Shown here in pieces: positions 46,115 to 54,045 of a stretch of 64,000 bases of DNA. Where the stretch lies: contig JAJRQY010000132.1 of the NCBI GenBank assembly GCA_024280015.1, positions 5,436-69,435 on the forward strand, in the 5' to 3' direction. The position numbers and the translations under genes were made by a program. Below the pieces are notes generated by a model. That model made no database searches and was not told where the DNA came from. It was given only the letters and a program-made list of their open reading frames with translations. This DNA is from Actinomycetes bacterium. Lineage in GTDB: Bacteria > Actinomycetota > Acidimicrobiia > Acidimicrobiales > SZUA-35. The stretch's first letter is position 1; each line of letters begins with the position of its first letter.

Positions 46115-46939
46115 CTATTCCCGCAAGCTCAGCCGCATCAGGTCAACGGCAATAGAGATCGGGCCCTGGAATCCACCGGCATTCGCTTGGTTCACGAATT
46201 GTTGTTCTGCCTCATCCGTCTGAGGCGGCGGTAGTAGGTGGGTGAGGACGAGTTTGGTGACGCCGGCCCGCTGGGCTAGAGCACCAACTGACTCAGCACT
46301 GGCGTTCCAGTCAAGCAAGCCTCCCCTGACTTCGTTGGCGTTAAGGGCCTCGTGGATCAGGAGATCGACACCTCTGGCGAGTTGGGCCATCCCCTCACAA
46401 GCGGCAGTATCGCCGCTCAAGGCAACGGCATGTGAACCGTCACTTACTCGGTAGCCGACTGCCGCCTCGATTGGATGATGGTCGACCAGAACGCTGGTGA
46501 TGGACCACGATCCAAGCCTCGCAACCTCTGCCTGGGAAAGGGTGGGTACGAATGGCTGAACTTCGATGGCTGGGCGGGAGCCCGCCTCCGAAGGAGCTTG
46601 AGAGTAAAAGGCCTGGTCATCGAACGCATCGAGACAATGCTCAGCGAATGCCGTGCAAGGCCCATCGGGAGCGACAACGACAAGAGGGTCGGCTGCACCC
46701 GCTGACCAACGAGCAATAGCCAAGGTTGCGAGGTCGCTGATGTGGTCAGAATGATGATGGGTCAGCAAGACGGCCTCGATTGCTGTCAGATCCAGCCCGG
46801 CCTCGATTGCTCGCTGGGTCACGCCCCGACCGCAATCGACCAGAAGCCAGCCACTCGGGCCGACCAATGCCGTACCCGAACCGGCTCGCCTTGGGTCAGC
46901 GATCGGTGTTCCGGTTCCGAGCATGACTACTTCAAACAT
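46115..46939 (-). CDS. MBL-fold metallo-hydrolase (RNase Z/ElaC-like)
   Basis: ATG 46939. LGTGTP opening, metal motif LLTHHHSDH, later SGDT and LTHL. Confidence 0.8.
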   Translation of the reverse strand: MFEVVMLGTGTPIADPRRAGSGTALVGPSGWLLVDCGRGVTQRAIEAGLDLTAIEAVLLTHHHSDHISDLATLAIARWSAGAADPLVVVAPDGPCTAFAEHCLDAFDDQAFYSQAPSEAGSRPAIEVQPFVPTLSQAEVARLGSWSITSVLVDHHPIEAAVGYRVSDGSHAVALSGDTAACEGMAQLARGVDLLIHEALNANEVRGGLLDWNASAESVGALAQRAGVTKLVLTHLLPPPQTDEAEQQFVNQANAGGFQGPISIAVDLMRLSLRE

Positions 46940-46958
46940 GTCTTGGAGTCTCTTTGGC

Positions 46959-47327
46959 TTAGTCTTGCCAGCGCAAGACGCGGATCTGTGCATGAGCGGC
47001 GAGGGCATTGAAGTCGCCGATGTCACTGGTCAGGATTGGTTCATTGATTCGTCGAGCAAGCATCGCAAGATGGGCGTCTATTGGATCGGAGCTTCCTGTT
47101 TTGGCTAGGAGTTCGCCGATATGTCGTCCATTGCCGAAATCGGAATGCACTTCCATCGCCTTCAGAGCGCTACTCAGGTTGGCCTGAGTCGGGCTGCGCC
47201 AAACTTGGGCGATAATTGCTTCAGAGGTTCGGAGCACCTGATCTGCTTCGAGCGCGGCATACATCAATGCGGCGAGTCTCCGTCGGTTGCGGTCAATGGA
47301 TATGAGAGGACCGGCATCGAGAATCAT
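46959..47327 (-). CDS. PIN-domain toxin (VapC-like)
   Basis: MILDAGPLI (N-terminal Asp), central EA, and C-terminal ILTSDIGDF motif. Confidence 0.75.
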   Translation of the reverse strand: MILDAGPLISIDRNRRRLAALMYAALEADQVLRTSEAIIAQVWRSPTQANLSSALKAMEVHSDFGNGRHIGELLAKTGSSDPIDAHLAMLARRINEPILTSDIGDFNALAAHAQIRVLRWQD

Positions 47328-47340
47328 TGGAAGTCGAGAA

Positions 47341-47568
47341 TCACTGGAAGTATTGTCTGGCGGCTTCGAGCTCGGCCTCGGTTAGCTTGCCCGACTCGGC
47401 TTCGGTATCGGCAACAAATTCACGCATATTGGTGAAAAGTCGTTCTCTTTTGGCCAGGACCGCTAGTGCGGACTTCACCGCCGCCGTCTGGGTGCCATAG
47501 ACACCAACCAGAAACTTGAGGTCACGTTCCGCTTGCTCGTCCAGCCGCAGTGCCGTTCGTTCAGCCAT
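47341..47568 (-). CDS. putative cognate antitoxin
   Basis: Small acidic/helical ORF 13 nt upstream of the PIN gene. The start is ATG 47568 (the ORF is open to GTG 47586). No family recognised. Confidence 0.5.
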   Translation of the reverse strand: MAERTALRLDEQAERDLKFLVGVYGTQTAAVKSALAVLAKRERLFTNMREFVADTEAESGKLTEAELEAARQYFQ

Positions 47569-47641
47569 CGTCAAACAATACGGCACACAGCTGTCAAACG
47601 CAAGAGTTGACTCTGGCAGGCATGTCTCGTGTCATGGCTGA

Positions 47642-48676
47642 TTAGCTTGAGGACAGTTGGCGGAGTCGCTGATGGTCTTCGTCGGTCCCAAATGCAATGA
47701 GTACGTCACCCTCATGCAAGATGGCGTCCGCATCGGGATGATGGACAAATTCACCGCCTTCCTTGCGCACAGCCAACACCGTTGCCCCACTGGCGCCACA
47801 TTCACGCAAGGGACGGGTGTCCAGGATCGACCCAAAGGGAATCTGGATCTCGGTAATGGATATGTTGAGCTCTCGATCATGCATGGCAATGTCGAGAAAC
47901 TCCGCAACATTGGGCTGGGTCACCAAGGCCGCCATATGGGCGCCACCAAGCTCATGAGGGTTGACCACTCGGTTAGCTCCGGCTTGAAAGAGCTTCTTCT
48001 CGTCCCCACTAGCCATGGCCCGGGCCACGATGAACAGGTCTGGCTCGGCCGCTCGACCCGACAGGGTGACGTACACATTGGCCGGTGCATTGTTGAGGGC
48101 GACGACGAGAGCGGCCGCCCGATTGATGCCAGCCGATGCAAGAACCTCATCGTCGGTGGCATCGCCGATGACGAACAACTTGTAGCTTTCGACAACACCT
48201 TCGTCACGGTCGATGACCACAACGGTGTTCCCCTCCTTGGTCAAGGTCTCGGTAATGGCCTGGCCAACCTGGCCCCAACCGCACACCACGATGTGGCCCT
48301 CGAGATCATCGATGTCTTGCACCATTCGCCTTCTCCCAAATTCTTTGGTGAGTCTTCCTTCAACCAGGGTCTCGAGCAGAACACCAACGGTGTACAAAAC
48401 CGAACCTGCGCCGAGCATGATGAGCACAATGCTGAACAACTTGTAGGCCGTCGTCACCTCGCCGAGCTCTCGGAAGCCGACAGTCGAGACAGTGATGACC
48501 GTCTGATAGACGGCATCGAGCAGGCTCAGCCCCAACATGAGGAAGCCGAAGGTGCCGACCGCCAAGACGGCGGCCAGGATGCTGGCAGCTACCCGAAGAC
48601 GACGCCAAATATCCTCGTCATAGGGTCTTCCCCAAAGGCGAAGCCTCCTTCGCCGTCCAGCTCCAAGCTTCACCAT
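47642..48676 (-). CDS. two-TM ion channel with RCK (TrkA-N/TrkA-C) domains and a non-canonical pore TVGFRE
   Basis: ATG 48676. Pore helix plus VITVSTVGFRELG. Rossmann motif VVCGWGQVGQ. C-terminal TrkA-C-like domain. Confidence 0.8.
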   Translation of the reverse strand: MVKLGAGRRRRLRLWGRPYDEDIWRRLRVAASILAAVLAVGTFGFLMLGLSLLDAVYQTVITVSTVGFRELGEVTTAYKLFSIVLIMLGAGSVLYTVGVLLETLVEGRLTKEFGRRRMVQDIDDLEGHIVVCGWGQVGQAITETLTKEGNTVVVIDRDEGVVESYKLFVIGDATDDEVLASAGINRAAALVVALNNAPANVYVTLSGRAAEPDLFIVARAMASGDEKKLFQAGANRVVNPHELGGAHMAALVTQPNVAEFLDIAMHDRELNISITEIQIPFGSILDTRPLRECGASGATVLAVRKEGGEFVHHPDADAILHEGDVLIAFGTDEDHQRLRQLSSS

Positions 48677-48695
48677 TGGCACAAGACTGCCACGG

Positions 48696-49121
48696 TTAGC
48701 GCAGCGATGAGTCGACCCATTGGGTGATCTTTGCCTGAGGCAGAGCCCCAACCTGTCGGGCGACTTCCTTGCCCTGGTTGAACAGGACCATGGTTGGGAT
48801 GCCCTTCACCCCCAGCTTGGCCGAGACAGAAGGCTCTTCGTCGACGTTGACCTTCACGATGCGGAGCTTGCCCGCTCGCTCGGCAGAAATCTTCTTGAGC
48901 GCCGGCGCCACCGCCTTGCACGGCCCGCACCAGGGTGCCCAAAGATCAACCAACACCGGCAAAGAGGACTTGCGAATCAGGTCATCGAAGTCCTTGGTTT
49001 TGGCATCAACCAGCCAGGGCAGGTCAACGTGGCACTCGCCACAGCGGGGTTTGCCCTTGGTGACCATCGGCAGACGGTTCTTCGTTCCGCATTTGGCGCA
49101 TTTCACTACTCGACCAGCCAT
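48696..49121 (-). CDS. trxC: thioredoxin 2 type (N-terminal zinc-finger extension)
   Basis: CAKCGTKN...CGECH zinc-finger pairs, then WAPWCGPCK. Confidence 0.9.
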   Translation of the reverse strand: MAGRVVKCAKCGTKNRLPMVTKGKPRCGECHVDLPWLVDAKTKDFDDLIRKSSLPVLVDLWAPWCGPCKAVAPALKKISAERAGKLRIVKVNVDEEPSVSAKLGVKGIPTMVLFNQGKEVARQVGALPQAKITQWVDSSLR

Positions 49122-49179
49122 CTCGGCCTCCTCTGCATCATCGCCCGACTACCTCCTAGTGAACCTGATCACGGAACGT

Positions 49180-50037
49180 CTACCTCCTCGGCGAGACGGC
49201 TGCCACTAGTCCAAGGCGACCAAAGAACGTCATCCTGGCGTGTTCGGACAAGGCCAGATCGGGTTCGGTGTTGTAAGCGAACACACTGAGGATCCGGGTT
49301 CCGATGCCACGAACGGGTGTGACTCGATGGAGGGTTTCTCGCCCCCGAAAGATGACCAGGTCACCGGCTTGTTGGTTAAGAACCCGTGGATCACCTCCGG
49401 TGCGAAGCGTTTCCGCCACACCCCCATAGTTCTGGTCCTCGGTCGTGGTGTCTCGCATGCCGGTGATGTATTCGAACTGGCCGCCCTCCTCAGGGTGCTG
49501 GGTTAGCAGGGTGATCGAGAAGGAAGAATTGTCGAAATGCCAGCCAAGCTCCTGGCCAGTTTCGTAGTAGTTAATATTGATCGACGACAGCGAATCGGCA
49601 TAGGGGAAGAGCTCCGCTTCGCCAAGGATCGACGCCAGGAACCGTCGAAATAGCTGTGAGTCATAGATTGTTCGCAATCCGGAATCGGCGGGAACCTGGT
49701 CGGTGGTTACCGCCCCCTTGGTGCTGGTGATCGGCCAGCTACGGGCGTCGCCGGATCCACGGTCTGGTTCTGGCTCCTCCAAGTACACGGTGTGCACCTG
49801 CTCGGTGAAATAGGCCAGTGGTCGTTGTTTGACTGCTTCGGCCACCAGGTCGGAAATGGCGTGAGCCTGAATGAAGCCGTCCATCACCAGCACGCCGGTG
49901 GCGTCAAAGGTTCGACGGCACTGATGGAGGAATGTCGCTTGGTGAAGGGGGTAGCGCGCAAGGTCAACGATGACACGCAAGCCGTCTGCCGCCGCATTCG
50001 ATGTGGTGGTTGCGCTCAACCTAGTTCTCCCCGTCAC
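49180..50037 (-). CDS. 2OG-Fe(II) oxygenase family protein
   Basis: WHFDN (HxD) and a distal His in ETLHRVTPV, with a jelly-roll-like C-terminal half. The start is uncertain (GTG 50037 or TTG 50019). The longer ORF to 50367 overlaps the S9 peptidase gene. Confidence 0.6.
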   Translation of the reverse strand: MTGRTRLSATTTSNAAADGLRVIVDLARYPLHQATFLHQCRRTFDATGVLVMDGFIQAHAISDLVAEAVKQRPLAYFTEQVHTVYLEEPEPDRGSGDARSWPITSTKGAVTTDQVPADSGLRTIYDSQLFRRFLASILGEAELFPYADSLSSININYYETGQELGWHFDNSSFSITLLTQHPEEGGQFEYITGMRDTTTEDQNYGGVAETLRTGGDPRVLNQQAGDLVIFRGRETLHRVTPVRGIGTRILSVFAYNTEPDLALSEHARMTFFGRLGLVAAVSPRR

Positions 50038-52105
50038 CCAGTTGGTCAGGGTCAGCCGTTGGTACCGTTTCAACCGGTTGGCCACCGAGGTGTTTGGCGT
50101 AGAAATCATGGATGTAGCCGAATCGTTCCATCCGATGTTTCGGTTTTCCACTACGAGACAGCTCGTGGCTTTCACCCGGGAAGATGACCATGGTGGCCTC
50201 AACCCCATTGCGACGGTAGGCGGCGAACAACTGCTGACCTTGCTCAAGGGGGCAGCGATAGTCCGAATCGGAATGGACAACCAGTACCGGAGTGTCAACC
50301 TTGGATACGTAGGAAAGCGGCGATTGTCGGCGAAGCTCCGCATGGTCAGTTTCAACCGTGGTGCCATTCAACATGAGGGGGAAGTAGCCGCCAATATCGG
50401 ATGTTCCCGCGAAGCTTTCGACACTGCTGACGCAGCGTTCCACCAAGGCTGCCTGGTATCGACTGGTGTGGCCAATCATCCAGGCCGTCATCAAACCGCC
50501 GTAACTTCCACCACCGACTCCAATCCGACCGGAGTCGACTTCGGGTAGAGATTCCAGGTGGTCACTCAAAGCCATGATGTCGTCGTAGTCGACCGTGCCG
50601 ATCTTGCCTTGCAGGATCTCGGCCCACTCGTCCCCGTAGCCGTCTGACCCGCGGGGGTTGCCGGCAATCACCACATAGCCAGCCGCAGCCGCAATCTGGA
50701 ACTCATCAAAGAACGTGTGGGAATAGGCCGCCGTTGGACCACCGTGGATATAGACCAGGCCCGGTCGCTGCTTGCCGGTCGTTGGCACCGATGCTGGCGG
50801 ACGAAACACGAAGGCTTCAACCACGGCGCCATCAGTTGAAGGGACTTGCACGATTTCGACCGGAGCAAGGTCGAGCTCGGCTAGGAGTTCCTGGTTGAGT
50901 TCGACCAGAGGTTGAAGCTCGCCGTCCTCCAATTGCCACAACTCCGCTGGACGGTTGGGGCTGGTGATGGCGGCAATGATTCGATCCTTCGTTGGGCTGG
51001 CATCGAAGGTGGTGACAACCTGGTCGCCACCGATCAAGGTGGTGAGGACACCAGTGTCGACATCAAGTTGATCGAGGGTGACACTTCCCCGTCGATTGGC
51101 TTGGCAGAACAAGGATCGACCCTGAGACCAGCGTCCCCTCGAGGCCGAGCCTGGTCGATGCAGGGTGATGCCCTCGTCGTTGAGTCGAGCGGCTGCCTGG
51201 TTGCTGGCGATCAAGTCAGGGTCGGTGATGTCGGTCTTGAGCTGGACCAGTCGTTCCAACTGGAGGGCATCATCCAGTTTGGGGGCAGCGGCGATAGCGG
51301 ACCCATCGCCAAGCCAGCCAGGGGAATCCCAATAGCGACCGGCAGCGACAACCGTGGCGGTACTTCCGTCGCTGGCCAGCAGATGGATCTCTTGATGGCC
51401 CAACAGGTGTGCATCCTGCCCTCGGGTGGCCAACGCCAAGATCTGATTGCCGGCGGGTGAAACGGCGATGGTGTGATAGTCCAGCGTCTTGTTGTCAGTC
51501 GACGTGCCGGTGCTGTCCGCTGGCGGGGGACTCAGCTGGCGTCGCTTCCCGGTGGCGATGGAAACAATCTCAATGGTCTTGAGCCGATCCGTGGTCCAAC
51601 CCGCCCCCTCGTTGAGGCCGCCGACCCCGGTCAGCACCCGCGGCTGTCGGGCCAACTCGTCATCATCGAGTCCTTCATCAGCGGTTGAACGCTGGGCCGC
51701 CAACACCACCAGATGATCCTCGTCCAGCCACTGGATGTCGCTCACTCCTTCCTCGCTCAGCCCATCGAGGACCGACAAGGAGCGAGATGAGACATTGAGA
51801 ATCTGAACCCGGGCGTGTTCCTTGGGTGTGTTTCGCACGAACGCCAACAGGTCGCCCGAGGGGGAGAAGCGCAAGGTCGAATCGTGGTGGCCATAGCTGA
51901 CCTGGCAGGACGGGCTTGTCCCGGCGGAATCGCCAGACTGGTTGGATGCGCTGCGGTCATGGAAATGGATCTGGGAACGATAGGAATCGGACTCATAGTC
52001 CATCTGGGTGATGGTGAAAGCCACCAGCTCACCATCGGGATGCAAGGCAACGTCACCGACTGATTGCAGCTTGAGAAGATCAACAGGTTCAAGTGGTCGC
52101 GGCAT
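50021..52105 (-). CDS. S9-family serine peptidase (beta-propeller plus alpha/beta-hydrolase)
   Basis: Catalytic GGSYGG, and a C-terminal Asp/His region VVHSDSDYRCP...GESHEL. Confidence 0.9.
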   Translation of the reverse strand: MPRPLEPVDLLKLQSVGDVALHPDGELVAFTITQMDYESDSYRSQIHFHDRSASNQSGDSAGTSPSCQVSYGHHDSTLRFSPSGDLLAFVRNTPKEHARVQILNVSSRSLSVLDGLSEEGVSDIQWLDEDHLVVLAAQRSTADEGLDDDELARQPRVLTGVGGLNEGAGWTTDRLKTIEIVSIATGKRRQLSPPPADSTGTSTDNKTLDYHTIAVSPAGNQILALATRGQDAHLLGHQEIHLLASDGSTATVVAAGRYWDSPGWLGDGSAIAAAPKLDDALQLERLVQLKTDITDPDLIASNQAAARLNDEGITLHRPGSASRGRWSQGRSLFCQANRRGSVTLDQLDVDTGVLTTLIGGDQVVTTFDASPTKDRIIAAITSPNRPAELWQLEDGELQPLVELNQELLAELDLAPVEIVQVPSTDGAVVEAFVFRPPASVPTTGKQRPGLVYIHGGPTAAYSHTFFDEFQIAAAAGYVVIAGNPRGSDGYGDEWAEILQGKIGTVDYDDIMALSDHLESLPEVDSGRIGVGGGSYGGLMTAWMIGHTSRYQAALVERCVSSVESFAGTSDIGGYFPLMLNGTTVETDHAELRRQSPLSYVSKVDTPVLVVHSDSDYRCPLEQGQQLFAAYRRNGVEATMVIFPGESHELSRSGKPKHRMERFGYIHDFYAKHLGGQPVETVPTADPDQLGDGEN

Positions 52106-52114
52106 GGCCTCAAC

Positions 52115-52993
52115 CTACTCGTGCGCGTAGGCCCGCAGCGAACGGCTTTCGCACAAGAACGAGATCCCCGGGCCATAGGTGCTGGCGTAGCCGGCCTCGA
52201 CCGCGTCGCAGTCAGTTTCGTCATAGTGCACAATCACCACCAGCTTGCCCTCATCCAAGAAGTCCTGAAGGTGGCTCTGCGTCCACCAGTTCTTCTCCTG
52301 GTTGAAGGACTCGAAGGTTGCCCCGTCAAACACGTTGGGCTCAAAGCGGATGTTCTTCGCCATACACAACAAGTTCAACGAGTGGGCATAGCGACACAAT
52401 TCGTTGCCATATTCCTCTGACTCTTCGTTGCTCACCGTCAGGCCGTATCTGGCTCGGTATTGGTCATCTCCTCCCCAGTCCATATTGTCAAACTCGACCC
52501 AATCACAGTCTTGATTAGCAAGGAGATTCAACCGTTCCTTCATGATGGGCAAGGCCCCGGCGGTGTCGTTGACGAAGTACTCGCCGGCCCACTGATCCCA
52601 CTGCTTGCTCACAAGGAAGGGTTGGAGTTGGGCGAAGTCGGTCCGCCAGTCCTCACCGGTTCCGATACTGACGTAGCAACCAACGGAGTTGCCAAGCTCT
52701 TTCAACTCGGGAATCGCTGCCAGCGGGGTATCCGTCGATGTGTCAACAAGGACGTAGCAGTCCCGGGCCAAGGACGTAAGGTCGCCGGCTTGGTCTTCTT
52801 GGTAGTTCTCTTGGTAGGCCTGATTGAAGACACAGCGTTCGGCGCCAGCAGTTTTTGTGTCGCCGGTCGCGGCTTCTTGGGTGCAGGCACCAATGACAAG
52901 AGCAAGACCGATTCCAACAGAGACAAGACTGGCCGTCTTCAGGCTGTCTCGCTTCAGGCTGTCTCGCTTCAGGCTGTGACGACGGGGAAACAC
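52115..52993 (-). CDS. GH114-like (endo-alpha-1,4-polygalactosaminidase family) lipoprotein
   Basis: Signal LALVIGAC. Motifs CYVSIGTGEDWRTDF, WAGEYFV, DWVEFDNMDW and MAKN. Confidence 0.6.
   Translation of the reverse strand: MFPRRHSLKRDSLKRDSLKTASLVSVGIGLALVIGACTQEAATGDTKTAGAERCVFNQAYQENYQEDQAGDLTSLARDCYVLVDTSTDTPLAAIPELKELGNSVGCYVSIGTGEDWRTDFAQLQPFLVSKQWDQWAGEYFVNDTAGALPIMKERLNLLANQDCDWVEFDNMDWGGDDQYRARYGLTVSNEESEEYGNELCRYAHSLNLLCMAKNIRFEPNVFDGATFESFNQEKNWWTQSHLQDFLDEGKLVVIVHYDETDCDAVEAGYASTYGPGISFLCESRSLRAYAHE
52937..52981. repeat. 15-bp tandem repeat x3 (cttcaggctgtctcg, third copy imperfect)
   Basis: Encodes SLKRD-SLKRD-SLK in the N-region of the GH114-like signal peptide. Overlaps the 3' end of the upstream serine-hydrolase gene. 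Confidence 0.9.
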
Positions 52994-54021
52994 TGGATCA
53001 TGTCCTTCAACCAGCCCACCACCAGGTCCGACCGTTCACTCGGTGTCTTCCCCAGCCGCACCATGACCAGGTCACGATCCGGTACCACGATGATGTACTG
53101 GCCCTCATAGCCAATGGCGCAGAATGCGCCAAGCTCATCATCCAGCAGCCACCAATGGGCGCCATACCAGTTGGTCTCATCCACCTCGGGCTCCACTGGA
53201 GTGCGAGCATGCTCAACCCAACCCTTGGGCAGGAGCCGGGTTCGGTCCCAGACACCGTCTCGCAAATAGAGATAGCCAAAGCGCAGGAAGTCTTGCGCGG
53301 TGGCATAGATGTAGGACGAACCAATCAGAGTTCCGGCCTTGTCGAATCTCGGATCGGCGCTGGTCATACCCAGGGGGCCGAAGAGGCGCTCGGTCAGAAA
53401 GGTTCGCATGCCTTCTTCGCCACCACCAATGATTTCTCCGCAGATGGCGGCGAGAATGTTGGTGGTGCCACTGGAGTAGCTGTGGAAGGTTCCTGGTTCA
53501 TGAATGAGAGGCATGCTTCGGGCGTAGGCGGCGACGTCCTTCTCGCCCTCACCAAACAGCATTTCGATCACGTGGGAGATCTGATCGTCCACATAGTCTT
53601 CGACAAACTCGAGGCCCGACGTCATTTCTAGGAGGTGCTGGATTGTGATGTTTCGCCGCTCATCACCGGCCCACTCCGGAACGGGTGCGGGAGCCTCCAA
53701 ATCCAGCCGACCATCCAGGATGAGCATGCCGATGACCGCGTGAATGATGCTCTTGGCTGTTGACCAGGAGACCAGGGTGGTGCCCTCATCAGCCGAACGG
53801 CCATAGTGCTCAGAAACCAGCTTGCCTCGGTGGGCGACAACCAGGGCCAGGTTCAGACTCAGATCCTGGGAGGATCCCTGTCCGAAACCAGTCTGGGTGA
53901 GCTCTCGAAAGTGCTCGCTGGCAACATCATCGGCCAGGGGCCCGATGGGCCAGGCCTTGGTCGGCCAATCCTGGCCTTGTGGATGAGGATGTAAGGGTGG
54001 GCGATTCGTTGGTTTCTGCAT
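52969..54021 (-). CDS. serine hydrolase (beta-lactamase/class C-like family)
   Basis: SxxK motif in SWSTAKSI. 350 aa. Confidence 0.85.
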   Translation of the reverse strand: MQKPTNRPPLHPHPQGQDWPTKAWPIGPLADDVASEHFRELTQTGFGQGSSQDLSLNLALVVAHRGKLVSEHYGRSADEGTTLVSWSTAKSIIHAVIGMLILDGRLDLEAPAPVPEWAGDERRNITIQHLLEMTSGLEFVEDYVDDQISHVIEMLFGEGEKDVAAYARSMPLIHEPGTFHSYSSGTTNILAAICGEIIGGGEEGMRTFLTERLFGPLGMTSADPRFDKAGTLIGSSYIYATAQDFLRFGYLYLRDGVWDRTRLLPKGWVEHARTPVEPEVDETNWYGAHWWLLDDELGAFCAIGYEGQYIIVVPDRDLVMVRLGKTPSERSDLVVGWLKDMIQCFPVVTA

Positions 54022-54045
54022 CGGCTTGTGACTGGGCTTTCTGGG

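Noticed and set aside
42619-47641. Search for att-like direct repeats, integrase or IS ends bounding the accessory islet
   Set aside because: I found no shared 10-mers or longer between the two borders by eye, and no recombinase gene. I therefore do not call it a mobile element.
47657-48727. 356-aa + strand ORF antisense to the RCK channel gene
   Set aside because: The same reasoning applies: the channel on the minus strand has clear pore and Rossmann motifs.
52937-52981. Tandem repeats considered as a possible CRISPR or mini-array (also 62011-62055)
   Set aside because: The units are contiguous 15-mers without spacers, they are in frame within coding sequence, and no cas genes are present.
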